DNA from: Oikopleura dioica
Taxonomy: Eukaryota > Animalia > Chordata
Direction: 5' to 3'
Length of the DNA stretch: 64,000 nt
Assembly: GCA_907165135.1 (NCBI GenBank)
Contig: OU015568.1
Location: forward strand, 14,260,001-14,324,000
Under the pieces are notes generated by a model. That model was not told the DNA's origin. It saw only the letters and a list, made by a program, of their open reading frames with translations, and made no database searches. Position numbers and translations under genes: made by a program. Below, piece by piece: positions 1 through 14,290 of this stretch (position 1 is the stretch's first letter; every line of letters begins with the position of its first letter).

Positions 1-980
1 AATCAGTTTTAACGGCGGCTTCTTTTCACAAGGCATCGTCCGATTTACCTGAATCATTTATAAAGACCCCGGCTGAGAGTCCTATTTCTTACTGTAAAAC
101 GGACGAAAGCTGACTGTAGCCCGGTATAATTTTTTTCAATAAATACTGCCGTCGCAATGTGCTTTTCTTCATTGGGGAAGACCGTCAGTTCTTTTTTCTT
201 GACCCTAGCACCGGACTTGTTGAGAAGAATTTGTACTCGTGGTGAGCTCGAATAAAGCTCCGTGACTTGAAGGGGACATTCTTCTGGGTTGTAGAGCGAG
301 AGTTTATAGCTTTGTCGCTCTCCAAGGGGAATTTTCGTGTTCAAAAAAGTTGGCAAACGGTACGGATTTGAAGTTGCTACGCCAAAAAGCTAAAAAAATA
401 GGTAAGATATGAGAGAAGCGAGATAGACTTACAGGGTAGGGTAGGGTTAATTTTGAAGTTCCAGTGTTGATAAAAAGTGTTTGCTCGACGTTTCCGATCT
501 TTCTCGGGAGGAAAATGACCTCAAAAGTCACTGCTTCATGGGGTTGAAGTTTTCGCTGCTTAGGGGGAACTATTGAAAAGTATTTGTTGGGTGAGTCTAT
601 CGAGCTGATGTCCACAACTTCGTCGTCGTGCATGTTGATGATGCGGACTTCTTTTTTGACTTCCAAGCCCAAGTGAGTGTTTCCAAAGTCCAGGAAGGGT
701 GGATCAAAGCGAACCCACATCCCTATTATCCCAATATTTTCTGGTCGCAAAATCTACCTACCTTTGTAAGGAACTTTCTCGCTTTGTTTGATGTAGGGCA
801 TATTTTTAGGAATAGGAATGGCTCCTTGCTCCATAAACTGATTATTCGACACATAATGGCCAATGTTGGGGGAGATGATTCGTTGTTCGTGTGGGGGGTT
901 GTCAAAAGCAACGTAACGCTGCTCTGGAGGGGGAGTGTTGGGGGTGAGGGGAAACTTGGAGTAGTGAACTTGTACTTCAT
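1..980 (-). CDS. TMEM131: Transmembrane protein 131, 5' part only (gene runs off the window start)
   Basis: Exons encode WVRFDPPFLDFG...FEVIFLPRKIGNVEQTLFINT and NPYRLPTFLNTKIP...YNPEECPLQVTELYSS, matching the TMEM131 N-terminal Ig-like region (IRFEPPMLDF, VGNVENTLFINT, NPYRL). Confidence 0.85.
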
Positions 981-1672
981 CGTAGTTTTGTCCTAAAGAA
1001 TCTGTTTGAATGTTTCTTTTCTGATTATTATATAAATTGTATTTATATATTTACATATAGCCTATTTGCCTATATTGTGGCCGTTTGCTAACGACAAAAG
1101 AAGTAATATCGATATCATTGCTGTATTTGCCATTTCTCATTGTTTTTCTAAACAAAATCGTTAAAAAATATTCAATTTCTTTAAATTTTAAATATAATTA
1201 TTATCAAAGGTATTTTGGTTTAAACAGAATGAGATTTGTTTGTTTCGCACTTATTTAAAAAAGCTATATATTGAGGGATTGTTATCGATAAAGAATCAAA
1301 AAGCGGAATAATATCAGTCATTTCGGGAGCTGGGGAAGCGAGCTCGAGGGATTTTATTTGTCATTGAAACTTAAAAGAACGATATCATCAGTTTTATAAA
1401 CAAAATTAGTTTTGGGAAGAAGCTTGGCATTGTTAATATAAATAAATAAAAACAGCATGAGCTACATCAACAGTGGTGTAACAGTAGTAAACAAAAATGA
1501 AAGAAACATAAGCGCAAGAAATAGATATAACAGACTCGGCAAATTTTACAGGCGCTATTGCTAGACCTTAAACTTTGAACAGAAGTGAGTCAGTAATTAC
1601 ATTTGAAATCAAGAAACATAAGCATAAACATAGTCTAAAATCGAGGTACATAGATATTGGATAGTAGTGGAA

Positions 1673-2456
1673 CTAGTTGTTGATAAAAAGTAAGGGGAAC
1701 ATGCCAATTAGACAGCCGATGATGATCCCCATTGCTTGACCGGTCGCTTTTGAAAGGCGCGCCTAAAATTATTCATTCGACTCCAGTTTGATTGCTTTCT
1801 CTGTTACGTACTCTAGTGTGGTTCAGTTGAGCTTGGGAAAGGTCCGGAACAGGAAGGCCCATTCGCAACGCTAGAACTTCCACATAGCCGGCGAGACCGA
1901 TTCCGCAGACGTCGGAAATTGTGTTTCCAAGGGCGGCGCAGGCCATCACTGACAGATGCATCGTAGCTCCAATTTGCGTTTCAATCAAGTCACCAGCCAG
2001 GATCATCAATAAATTATCGAAGAATCCAAAGCCGATGAATGGAACGAGATTGTGGAAGAAGACAATGCGACATCCTTTCTGAAATTTTCTTCGTTAACCT
2101 TTTTCTCATTTTTCTCTGCGTAAAAAATGTCTGTCTTGTTTATATGTTTTTGTAACTCACCCATGGTGGGACCTCTTTACGATTTTGAGGCTCAAGCAGA
2201 ATTTTAAACTCGCTGTTACGCCTCTTGTCACGTAGTAATTTTTCCATTTTTTGGCGTTGTTCCAAGGGCAGCGCGCCAACGATAAGCTTCAAGTCTTCAT
2301 CTGTGTAATTCTGAAAAATATCATTCACTAATTCATGAATTTAAAGATAAAAAGTACCTGTTTTATTTCGATTGTATCATGCTTGGATCTTCTGAAAATA
2401 GACCTCTGGCTGGCAAATCTAATCGGAATCGAGCAGGACAGCCGTTGCCGTATCAT
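1673..2456 (-). CDS. TMEM65: Transmembrane protein 65 (mitochondrial inner membrane)
   Basis: HNLVPFIGFGFLDNLLMILAGDLIE...AALGNTISDVCGIGLAGYVE...GCLIGMFPLLF is the TMEM65 signature. ATG at 2456 starts an Arg-rich presequence; stop TAG at 1673. Confidence 0.92.
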
Positions 2457-2694
2457 TCTAGGGCCGAAGGCGGTTTTAGTCAAATGAACGTTCAAAAATC
2501 GAAATCCTTCGTTTTCTCGGGAGGCAGTAAGTCTGGATCTATCGGACGTGTGCTCTGCTGTAGCGTCTTTATCCTGTTTTGTCTTGGATGAGCTTTGAAA
2601 AAATGGGCTAATTCCACGTGCTATTTTGGGCTCCAAAACAAACCACAATATGGCTTTAGCACCTCGATAAGCTTCTATCACATAATATACTTTG

Positions 2695-4720
2695 TCATTG
2701 AATAGATTTTTCCCTTTTTAAAACTCATTCCTTTCTTTTTGATACTCTTTCGAGGTTGGGTTCTTCCTTTTTTCCTCAAATTCAGAGTCTTCTTTTTTCA
2801 CTGATATTTTCGCGGCTTCGTAAAGTTTTGACTTGTTTATCAATTTTCTTATCGACTTCTTGAGATTGACCAGCTCTTCACTGTCAGTTTCTCGTTTTTC
2901 TCTAAAGGGGATGTATTTTTAAGGCCTATTCTTGCTCTGATTGATGAATTTTATTGATCGCGTCGGCGAATCGTCTCGTTCGAACGAAATCACTTTACGA
3001 GCATTATTTTTGTTTTGGAGCTAATAAAACGTAACAACATCCCTTTTCCTATTTCTCAGCTCTAATCGCGGGCTAATAAAGTGTACAGATTCGAATCGTG
3101 GCTTTGATGAGGGCACTTGTCCCAATTCGGGCTCGAGCTTCTTCATCATTGTGTCCCAGTTGTCGAGTTGGTCCATTAAAATTTCATATTTTCTGTTTGA
3201 ATCCGGAATATCGGCTTTTGTCAGGACCAGGTTGAACGGTTTTGATGGTATGTGCTAAATGAATTCATCAATATTTGTACAGTCGTTGCACAGGCCTCGT
3301 CGCTACCTCGTTGTAAAGCTCAAGTTCGGAAATGAGCTGCACAATCGTTTCAAACGCGCTTCGAAAAGGCCCTCCCGAATCCAATTGGAAGCCGTTGATA
3401 TCAACCACCATCAAGTGACAGGCATTTCTCTCGATCATATGCAAAAACTGATGACCATAGCCGCGGCCGATATGAGCTCCATCGATTAGTCCGGGCAAAT
3501 CAGCAAGTTCGATCCGTCTCCCATCCTCAAACTTGAAAAAAGGAAAGATAATTCAACCTGATAATTTGAAATCTGAAAAATTACCTTTATAACGCCTATA
3601 TTAGGCCTAATTGTAGTAAAGGGCGCTGCTGAAATCTGCGGATTCGCTTTCGAAAGCGCTTTTAGAAGCGTGCTTTTGCCCGCGTTGGGAAAGCCGATGA
3701 AGCCGACGTCTGCGATTCGCTTCAGCTCGATAAAAGCTTTGAAACACTCGCCTCGCTGTCCAGTAATCCACGACTTTGCCCTCTCTTTTTCAGCTTCGGA
3801 ATTCCATTTTCTATCTTGCCAGCGCTTTCCAGTTAGGCCTTTTCCACCAACCCCTCCTTTTGCGATAATAACTGGATTTTCATCACCAGAAAAAGGTTCT
3901 CATTTATGTCCCCAATTCAATCAAACAATATAAAATGCTAGAACCTTGTCATAGAGAAATCACTTCACCAGTATCCACATTTCTGAAAACGTTCTCTTAT
4001 TTCGCTAATCGATTAATTGGCTCAGAAGATTAAATGGATCACGCGAAGGGATTAAAATGAGCACCTGATCTCTGTGTCGATTGGAACAGTAATCGTCAAG
4101 TTCTGCGCATGTTTTCCAAAGCGAATGTTTCCTGGACAAGCGGATCCATTCGCTGCTCTGACGATTGGCACTTCTGGAGTCACCTCAAGCTCGTCTACTC
4201 TGTATTCCGATTCCGACAGCTCGACGAAAGCGTCGTCTGTAGTTCGCTCAAGACTTCTTTGATTTTTGATCAGATCGTTGAACATTTTCATAGTCATCTC
4301 TTTGTAAGGCTGAATAATTATATCGCCCCCGAGGCCTCCAACACCACCTAAAACAACAATTTATTAAGTTTCGCGAAGTTTCAAACTAAAATTCTCGTCA
4401 TTTCAAATAGACATTTATTTTGACTTGAAAATCCGACTTGTTGAATCATCACCTTTGCCACCCACAGCTCCTCGCCCGCCATGTCCAGCCTGGAAGATAA
4501 GAGGCACGCGATCAACAAATGACATGGAACGACGCCTTCCCAATATTTCAATATTCTCGTCGTAGATGTCAGATTCCAGAAGCTTTTCGCTCTCCTTTTG
4601 TTCCTTCCATTTCGGCTTAGACACAGTTAGATGTGGGCTTCTTCTTCTTCTTTGACCGCTCAAGTGATTAGTGTGGCTTAGGCAGCGCCAAATTCGACAG
4701 CTAAGGCCCGATTTCAACAT
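2695..4720 (-). CDS. GTPBP10: Obg-family mitochondrial GTPase GTPBP10
   Basis: FVDRVPLIFQAGHGGRG; LKRIADVGFIGFPNAGKSTLL; DLPGLIDGAH; VVDINGFQL...AFETIVQLISELELY is GTPBP10-specific. The 3' exon structure is approximate. Confidence 0.9.
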
Positions 4721-4762
4721 TCTAGTGATTCAGAAGTCGTCAGTTGTGGAAATAAGCTAGAT

Positions 4763-5829
4763 TCATTTTTGAAGACATTTTTGTAGCGCAACTCTAGTGG
4801 CATCTTTTGCCGCGAGTTGTGGCGATTCTCCAACAGAATACGCCAGAAATTTCTTCTCATCATCGAAAACGGCCACGACGTAAGTAGGAAGAGCGGAGTT
4901 CTCGCCAATTACTTTCACCAGTCGAGGCTCAATAAATCCTACAACTCAACTTATTCTCTGCAAAATTTTCGCAAACATTACCGATATGTTTTTCATAATA
5001 AGTTTCTGGTGGTTCCCATGCTTCGGGAATAAGAGTTACTAAGTTGTGGCTCGTTAAATATGGCGGGAGAAGGAGATTTTCGATGACGGATTCGTTCTTG
5101 AGGTTCGATAGGAATGAGCCTTGATGCGGGTTCGATAAATTAACGCAATGAGATTTGACCGAGCGTTTCCATTATTATCTCAAGAATCAAACAATTTTAA
5201 TTATCAAAACATGTGTTTTATCATCAGAAATCAGAGAATAATTAATAATACTTATGTAAACCCCTTCCGAAATACTCTGGCTCATAATTAGGAACAAGAT
5301 TATGAAAGCCAACAGATCTAGCCGCATTATCTAAAGCTTCCAAGCTCGCCAAGCCCTGGCATATCTTCGCTGATGCATCGTTTATGCAGACCTTCTTAAA
5401 CGTCAAAGTGGATAATTGAAGCAATTTTGTAAAATACAAACCTGATCGACTATCTTTTTAAGCACGGCAATTATATATTCCTGATTAAAATCAGCATTCA
5501 CAAGCTGGCTGAATTCGTACTGGTCCATTTCACATTGAATTCGATGGCAAAATGCAGTAATCTCTTGCTCAAGGTCCCAGTCGTTGTACTCCCATCTCTT
5601 CAGCTCATCCTTTTCAAGCAGCGTCTTTCTCAACTGATATTCTGCATGTGCTTTATTCGTACGTTGTCTTTTCCAGCCCCATTTTCTATTCAATGCTAGA
5701 TCAATCAAAATTAACTGTGACTTACGGATGATCCTCGATTCTCACAGTATTACTCATTTTGCTCTCATCATTTTTGTAGTAAAGATTGGGCCTGTATCTC
5801 CTCGTTGATCTGGCCAAGTTCGCGAGCAT
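4763..5829 (-). CDS. MRPL44: Mitochondrial ribosomal protein mL44
   Basis: WDLEQEITAFCHRIQ (human WDYHAEIQAFGHRLQ) and a C-terminal dsRBD-like segment EPRLVKVIGENSALPTYVVAVF...GESPQLAAKDATRVAL. Confidence 0.82.
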
Positions 5830-5877
5830 CACTCTCAAAACTTTTCTAAACAAATTTGCATTAAAACCACGCTGCAC

Positions 5878-7974
5878 TTAATCTTTTCCGGTAAACAGGC
5901 CCGAGTCATGAATACTATGTTTGAACAGTTTCTCGATACCAGTGATTTCAAAGTCAGAATCCAAATGCTCGAACGCGAACGGGTCAGGATCCGACTTTTT
6001 CGTCTTCTTGGCTGCTCGTTCCGCAAGCATTTTCTTTCGCAATTCATAGTCGATCTTTGGGCAGGTTTTTTTTTTCTTTTATACTATAGGATGATAAGAC
6101 TGAATATAAAAACGACGTAAAACGAAGGTAAAAATGAACGAAACCGCGTCTTTGTGGGTTGCCAGGACTCAATTTCCTTGACTGGAAAAGTTTCGCCCAC
6201 ATGCGATCGTTGGGCTTGAAGGACAATTTCATCGCCGTCTCGAGCTTTGCTTAAGCCGAGTGGAACTGGCTTTCCATTCACACAGAGGACCACACTCGTC
6301 GTCTCCAGTGCCTTCCCGGATACTCCAACTTTGCCTGAAAGCACAAAAGTGAAGAAGTTTCATATCTATGATGACGACTTTCCACAAGTGAAAGCTGGAA
6401 TTTCTTATGTAAAGGGCGTTATTGACTCTTACGTAAAGAATTCTTCACATACCGATTATTCTCGGAGCCTGAAGTGCTGGAGGAAGCTGGTTAACATTTT
6501 TCGCTATGACGATGTAATTGAAAGACTCCACTACCATCGTCCTTTGATTCCCATCGTCCTGTCCCTTTGTAAATGCCCAGTGAGGCCTTTCATATCTCAC
6601 TGGGAATGAGCAACGGGGGAAGAAATCTAATTCTGGCTTTTCAAGCCGCCTAGAGTTTGCCATCGGACCTTCTGCTTTTCGGAACAACCCACAGGGAGCA
6701 TTATGACCACATGGTGCAACGACAAAGGAGTTTTTCATGTTGTCGATCAAATGCGATCGCGCTTCTTGAACAATTTCGTGTCCAGCGATACTCCCAGATT
6801 CGATAATTACCAGCACTCCGCCTTCGTAATGCACCTTATTCCACATCTTATCGATAGCAGACACTCTTGATTTTCTATCAGGAAGGTCCCCAAGCGTTTG
6901 TGCACACATGACTGATAAAATGATAAGAACGCCATGTCATGAAAGAGTGACGTACCTATATTGTACTGTTCTTTTGAGCCAGCAATTCCATCTGGAAGGC
7001 TCTTTTTGAAGCGAATTCCGGGCGTATCCCGATCCGGATGGCCTCCTGTGACCACATATCTAGCCATTCGTAATTGATCAAGTGATTTATCTACGCCCGT
7101 ATATTCCTCCAGCGAGTCTTTGAAGAGCTCATTTGCTGCCCAAAGAGACGGGCCTGCGCCACAACCGAAATCAAGCATAGTCCTAGGTACCATCCCGCAA
7201 TTCTTCAATTCATTCAAGATCTTATACGTGGCTGCGTACGACTTCATCATGCCAGTCTTCGCCCAGACTTTTGAAATAACAATGTCGTATATAATTGCTT
7301 TGTGAGTTTCCTCTAGCTCTCGCATTTCGTTGAAGACCTTTTACTATGCTCGGCAAGAGCATTTACTTTACTTGATTCTGATATTTCTTCTAGTTGCTCT
7401 GCTGGGCCAACAACCGCTTTTAACGATGAGTCTTGAAGAATACTATCAATATTTTTCCTCCTCTATTAAAAAATAATTAGCTGTCTATCTTCATTGTATT
7501 CGAGCAGACCTTTGGTCCAATTTGAGTCGCAAGGAAAGCCTCATTATATTTTTTCTCCGCTTGATCCTCGTTCAGCGGTGCTCTAGCAATACGCCTATGT
7601 TTCCAGTATTGCTCAAACTTTCTAGCTGCGGAGCGGAAATTTTCTTTCTGCATTTTGTTCATAAATTGGAAACCGACAAGATCATTCATCATCGCGTCAA
7701 CTTTAAGAGGGAGGGCTATGTAGTCATTTTTATTCGCAGGTCTGTTGATGCCAGACCATTTATAAGGCGACCAATTCTCAGGCATATCAACAAGCTTATA
7801 TCTTGGCGATCTATCGTCATATCTACTCGTCTCGCAAAGAAGAGGCTCTGGTTTCCAACCGAATTTCTCAAAGTCCTCATGTTTTTCCTTCCAGCCACTT
7901 TTTTCCTTAGCTCCAGCTTTTTCAGCTACTCGACGCACATAATTTCTCAAGGGCTTCCATTTACGAGACAACAT
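5878..7974 (-). CDS. METTL17: Mitochondrial small-subunit assembly factor, Rsm22/METTL17 methyltransferase-like
   Basis: PRTMLDFGCGAGPSLWAA motif I; VLVIIESGSIAGHEIVQEARSHL; VVAPCGHNAPC...CSF cysteine cluster. Confidence 0.87.
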
Positions 7975-8230
7975 TGCTGATCACCGTAAATTATTTAAAA
8001 AATGCTTTTTATAAAAAGAAAATTTATTTGAATTTTTTTTGTATAGCTTGAAGATTGGAGAAAAAGAGTACTTGAAAATTTAGAATGCTTCGAATTATAC
8101 ACACAAGAAGATGCAGTAGTAGAGGTAGCCCTGAAGGGAAGATAAGAGAAATAAGATAGAGAGGGAGTATATTTTGAAAATGTAAGAACTCAAAGGCTGC
8201 TTTTGCAAGCCCAGTGAAGGCATCGCGCAT

Positions 8231-8512
8231 TTAATCATCGTCGTCATCGTCATCATCGTCGGGCACGAAGAGCTCGTATTCTTCAAGGAATTTCGCACCG
8301 CGAGCGCTAGAATCAAAGGCTTGATACAAGTAGAAAAACAATCAGTATTACCTAATGAAGGCTCCAGTTGAAATACCACAAATGAAAACTGCAGCGAATT
8401 TAGGAACAGCCCATTTCGTCACGTGAGGGATTTCGAGATAGGCGCCGGCAGAATCTGTAACTAGAGCTCTGCGCATGGCGTGCCTCGGACAGGCAAGCAC
8501 CTGCCGCAACAT
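8231..8512 (-). CDS. SMDT1: EMRE, essential MCU regulator
   Basis: Two exons give MLRQV...ALVTDSAGAYLEIP...TM...ISARGAKFLEEYELFVPDDDDDDDDD*, which has the EMRE acidic tail (human LLEEHDIFVPEDDDDDD). Confidence 0.92.
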
Positions 8513-8568
8513 TCTATAATTGAAAATCTTACTAGCTGAATAATTACATTCGAGTTTTTTTTCAAAGC

Positions 8569-10022
8569 TCAAGTGGCAGTAACTGTTTCGACATTGACTT
8601 TTTTCGCATCATTGGAGTCGGAATTCGGCTCCATGATCTTTCTCTTCTGTTTCTTGCGCCCGCCACGAGCTTTTTTGAAGCCTTCCTCTCTCATTTGAAG
8701 ATATTTTTCATAATCTAAGCACACCCGTTTATTGCTCCTCAAACAAAAGGGCGACTTACTATCTGACTTTTCCAACTGTTTCTTGAGCACCTTCCAGTGA
8801 TCTTCTTTCCACGAGCTTTCGACGACATCTTGTAAAACAAGCTCTAGCTCTTTATCTTTCGCGAAGTAAAGTTGCAAAGACTTTTCTTTTTCAATAAGCC
8901 AATAGGCGCCGAGTCTACAAAAATAGATCCGCTTAAAAAGGGTTGAAAGAGTAGACTGACCCAGTAGAGTTGGCAGCTGACGAGATTGGGACCGAGCCAC
9001 CTTCGAGCTTCCACGTATGGTACTCTGCTAAGTCCCTTTTGGCGACCTTGGATTTTAAATAAGGCAAGAAGTCATAAATCAACACCTACCGTTCTGATAC
9101 ACGAGTCCTTGTTGTCTTCAAAACTGACAGTTGCGTATTGAAGATGATCCTGCGAAGCTACTAACGAATGACAAACTGTTTCTTCCTCATGTTCTTTGAC
9201 ATTGTCGGCTTTCCCGTTTTTCCAACTGCGAATAGTTCCGTCCCCGCCTGCAGAAAATAGAGCATTGCTTTCTTCGTCGACTTGGATTTTGGAAACGTAC
9301 TCAGTGTGGCCGAGAAGATAGTGGTCGATTATGAAGGGGTGTTTTCTACTGGAGACTTTGATCTTCTCGTCTTATAAAAATAACAATTTTAAATCTTTAT
9401 TCTATATTTGAATTGTCGATTACCTTGTTCAGCTGTATAAATAAATTTGTCGCTCACAAATGTGTCCATGATCAGCGAGATGTGTCCCAAAATAGGTTTC
9501 ATCGTCTTCACATCCGTTCTTTCTTTAATTTCTTCATCGCTCATGTCTACCAAATATACATCTCCCGATTTATCCGCAATGTAGCTAATTATCATTAATT
9601 TACATCGCTAAAATAGCTTGATTCTACCATTTCTGATCGACAACGCATAATTTCGAAGGTCGCCTTGGAACATCGAAACGCTGAATAAGTTCCATTTTCA
9701 GAGGATCAACAATCGACACGGTTTTGTCATGCGAGACGAGGAAGGTTTCTTTATCTTCGATGACATCATTGACGAGACCTTCAAAGTCCTTCGAGATCGT
9801 TATTGCTTTTCTAAAAATGATGCTCTTTGGAAGAGTGTCTTTATGCAACTTTTATGATACTGTATCATTGATACGGAAAATATTTTATGTAAGAAGTCTG
9901 CTTTTGATAAAAGCCCTTTGAGGATGTCTGTACACTTACTGTTGAACATCAATTTTGACCACCTTTGAGCCCGACCAAACCACAACATTTCCATCTTTCA
10001 GCACCACAAGCCCTGGCGCCAT
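8569..10022 (-). CDS. WDR4: tRNA m7G46 methyltransferase non-catalytic subunit WDR4/Trm82
   Basis: IADKSGDVYL...LGHISLIMD...DEKIKVS...LLGHTEYVSKI matches WDR4 (ADKSGDVY, LGHLSML, DEKIRVS, LGHTEFVS). Confidence 0.87.
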
Positions 10023-10667
10023 TTTTCCTCTGAACTCTGATTCCTGCGTTAGAGTTGCTGATTGATTGCTTTAGAAATTGAATTTTATTTCTTGAAATCT
10101 TATTATTCTAATATTCCACACACGGCCAAGAAGAATGAAATCAGGCACTAGGTAATAATAAAAACTGTTACTGCGACATGTAATTTCGTCCTCGTCTAAT
10201 TCTGGTACTGTTGGTTGATAATTGGTAGATTTCACCCGTTGGATTAATATTTATATAAAATGGAAACGAAGGTTTGATTCAGTAAGAATGTATTTATGAA
10301 CAGATAGATGTGGAATACGTGTTGTTTGCGTGAGATATTGCACATTTTTTTTTAATATTAGAGAATATTACTTTTTAATAACTTAAAAAACACTCCGTAA
10401 GAGGCAGTTTTGGGCCATTTTTTCTACTACCGTCCAAGTTGAATATGAATATTTAAATATAGCCTTTCTCATTGATAAAGTATCGGAAGTATTATTTACT
10501 AAAATTGAATTCGAAAATATAAGTTGAACTAAGATGGTTGTTTTTTCGTAGATCCGATAGAAAATCGTGAAGAAAGAGTTGACGGTCCGAAGTAAAACGG
10601 AGTTGGAGTCAATTGTAGAACAGAAAAGATGAAGGGCTAGGTTGGAAATAGTCTGGAAGCGGGTTCA

Positions 10668-13600
10668 TCACGTTTTCTTTTGACTGTCGTTGATCTTGTC
10701 GCCCAGCGAAATTGCCATTCCCTGAGATTTTGCTCGAATACGTATGTGACCTGAAATTCAAATTGTAAAAAGCGCAGAAAAAGGAATGCATACCTAAGAC
10801 AAATCCATTTTTGCCAATCTCAATCGACAAGTTTGCGAGCGCCGACTCTCCGAACATCGATTTCGCGTAAAGATTCGCAGCTAAGAATTCACAATTGCCG
10901 CTCATCGTTTGCTCCGGAGTCAGGCACTTCATATTAGTAGCCTAAAAAGAGAGAATGAGCTTCCATGCTTGAATGAAATCGGATTTACCCCGACGAGGTG
11001 AAGAAGATATTCTCGGAGATCGGCGATGTTTGTATGGACAGTGACTTTGTTTTCCCATTCGAAAGCGGACCACATTTCGCGGAATTCCTGAAATAAGTTA
11101 ACAAAAATGTTTTTCGATCGGTTCTCAAACCTGGTCGGTGCACTGTGCGGGCTGAATGTAATCCATGATGTCGATCTTGATGTCATTAAGGACAACGCAG
11201 TTTCTATCTGACTGAGAGCCTGTGATATCGTACACAATGTTACCGAAGATGATCGCGTTCTCAGTCGATGTAACCTGAAAAGTCGCTATTGCGGGAATCG
11301 ACCGATTGAGTTACCTTGACCGAGGCCTTGATGTTAGCAAAGTCATGTGGTGCGAGCGTAAGTGGCGTGGGCTTTTCAACGAGTTTGAGATCACCAAGAG
11401 TAGCCAATTCCAATGTGACGGACTAATAGAACAGTTACGCAACGATAAAACAACCTGTAGCGAACCTGTAATGTATCTGGGGTCTGATTCACAACGAGAA
11501 CATCAAGAACGATATCGTATTGATTAACATGGACATATGCCTCGGCATAAACGGGATCAGAGAAACCAGTGAGCTGTAACACCTAAAAGGATATGATGAA
11601 ATATTTTTACTCAATTGTTGTGAATTAATCTTGTTAATCTTTGTTCCAATCATTTTATGGGCCCAATGTACCGTAACGATCTTACAGAATTAGTTCATAA
11701 GCCTAGTCTGGAAGATTGACTAAAAATTTCATCATCGATTTTCGAACCTTGTTGAGTTTAGACGAGAGTGGATTCTGCTTCTCCTGATTGCTTGGTCCGC
11801 CAGAGACAGCAGCCATCAGCGAGCTTTGAAGCTCGTCTTCTAGCTGATCGGATCCATCTCGAACCATGAGCTGGGCAAAACTGATAGGCTCATCTGGCTG
11901 ATTGATCTTTGTAATTTTCTTCTCTTTCTTGTTACTGTGCTTTTTGTACTGCTCTTTGGAGGCGAGAAGTGATGAAAGAGCGTTTCGAGACTCGAATGCG
12001 AAAATTTGAGTTGTTTGTGGAGTTGGATTTGATAAGACCTAAAAGTCGTATGATAAGTTCTTGTTCTTAGATTTGTTGAAGAAGTACCTTGATGCATGCA
12101 ACGATTCTGCCAGCATCATCTTCTGGGATAGGTTTCTTTGCGTAGCCGCTTCGTCCAAGATGGAGAACAGATGTCATGATGAGCATACACTCGGCGAGGA
12201 ACGCATTTCGCTTTCGGTCGTTATCCGTGAGCTAGAGAAGAATCAAAATGTGATCAGGAGGCTGGAAGGTACCTGAGTGAATCGAAGGCCGAGTTTAGTA
12301 AGAGTGGTAGCCAACACAGATCCAGTAGCGAACTCTCCTTCCAAAAGGAAATTTCTAAGTGGTGGAGCGGTTGATTCTTCCTTGTTCTTGTCAGAAACCA
12401 AGGCTGATTGAGTGATGTAAGTGCCGTCAGCGGTGACTCGTGGGCCGGAGCTCTTCTTAGGTGCTGGATCAGCAGTCTGTTCGCCCTCGGCCTGCTCTTC
12501 TTCCTCGCCAGCTGCCTTCTTGATCTCGGCGGCGACGATGGGCACGTCACCGATAGATTTCCGGAGCTCGATCATGAAGTCGAGGATAGAGTCGTGCTGA
12601 AAAGTGATTCATTTAAGCCTGGCAAAGCTGTAAGACAGAATAGTTACATCTTAAGCGTCTATGCGCCAAATCATAACAAGAAAAGAAACCATCCCAGAGA
12701 AATCGGAGCCCTGACTTACCTCGTCACAGTATTCACCAAGGATCCACAAAATCGATCGGATTATCTTCAAGTTTCTGATGCTAGGGAACACTTCCAAAAG
12801 CTTCTGAATGATGAGTGGCTTGAGCGTACTGTATCTTTGAATAGCCTCTCGGACAAAATTTGTGACGTCACCCGCGGCGAGCTCGTTTGAATCTGACAAG
12901 AAGTCCATGAGAACGGGGATGACTTGTGAAGCGATGTCGGGGAATCGAACGGAGATGTTGTGAAGCGTTTGTACCAGCAATTGTCTGTATTTGTCATTAT
13001 CGTCGGTTCCTTGTGCCGACGCGCTCTTTTGAACTTCCTTTTCCAAAAATTTTACTAAATCGACGACGTTTCGGGATGAGACAAGGTCGAGCGTGAGATT
13101 GAGTGTCTTTTCTCGGACATCAAGATCAGGAGAGCTCAATGCACGGAGGATATCCATCACCATATCTTGAAGGACTCGTTCGTGCTGTTCCTGAAATTGA
13201 TTTTTTAGCAACACTGAAAATGGTTTCTTAGGCTGACCTTGAGCTCTGTCAGTCTGTCTAAGACGATGATTTTGACGTTGTTATCGGACTCTTTGATAAT
13301 GAGCTCGACGTAGCACGCGGCAGCTGCCTTGATCGCTGTCGGGGCGGAGGACATAGTCGTCAGTGTCCAGGCGGCTTCGTATCTGACAGCGTTTGATGAA
13401 GACTGGAGCAAATTGTAGACACATCTAATGAAGCGGCCTCGCTGCGACGCTTCCGAGCGGCAAACTTTATAAACGAGCTCGACGATGACTAACTGTAGAA
13501 TATCGTTGAAGGAGTGGACTTGGTCGATGCATGTTTCTAGGTAAGCAAGGGCCCGGTTTCGATCGCACTGTATCAACATCATGAAGGCATTTCGCTTACA

Positions 13601-14290
13601 AGAGGCGTCTTTTTCTTGGGCCAAATACTCAGAGATCAGCTCCGGCGCGTCAGAAATCAAATGAGGGAAGTTGTCATAAATGGTCTTAATTGCTAAGACG
13701 GCGTTTCGGCGAACATACGAGTGTCTAAAAGAATAGTTTTACAATTAATTAAATAATTCGTTCTCGGAAAAGCTTTCCCTGACTCTTACCTGTGCTCTAA
13801 ACAGCTTCTAATCGGCTCCATGAGTGGCTCAAGAAGCTCTGGCTGCTTTAACTTGCAAAGGAATCGGAGGGTTGAACCTCTGATGAATTCGTTCGGGTGT
13901 TGAAGATCTCGTCTGTACGCATCGCATACGAGAATCATTTCATGCCTCAGTTTGCCCTCTTCGTCGACCTTGGGCGCGATTTCCCAGTAAATCAGTAACA
14001 GTTTCTTTATATGATGGTCTTGCGAGGGGAGGAGATATTTGATAACATGGATCGCCATCGTCGGGGAGAATTTATCGCCATTGAGGGTTTGGATAATTAG
14101 CTTTTTCAGCGCCGCAGCTTTAGTTTTGTCGTTTCCCTTCACATCTTCGATCTCAGCCTTGAAGATTTTTAAGTTAATAGCGATTATCAAAGGAAAAAAT
14201 AAAAAGTACCTTGAGCTGGGATTCTGTGGCAAGCTCTGCTTCGCTACTTGGGTTTATTAGCGTGTAGCAAACGCTGTCCGCAGATGCCAT
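10668..14290 (-). CDS. COPB1: Coatomer subunit beta
   Basis: [13 protein letters not shown]; [27 protein letters not shown]; [23 protein letters not shown]; [14 protein letters not shown]; [20 protein letters not shown]. Confidence 0.97.

Noticed and set aside
433-453. (TAGGG)3 telomere-like tract
   Set aside because: Only three 5-mer units inside a TMEM131 intron; not TTAGGG and too short.
12863-12870. TGACGTCA sites here and at 56442-56449
   Set aside because: Both are inside coding exons, so there is no reason to call them regulatory.
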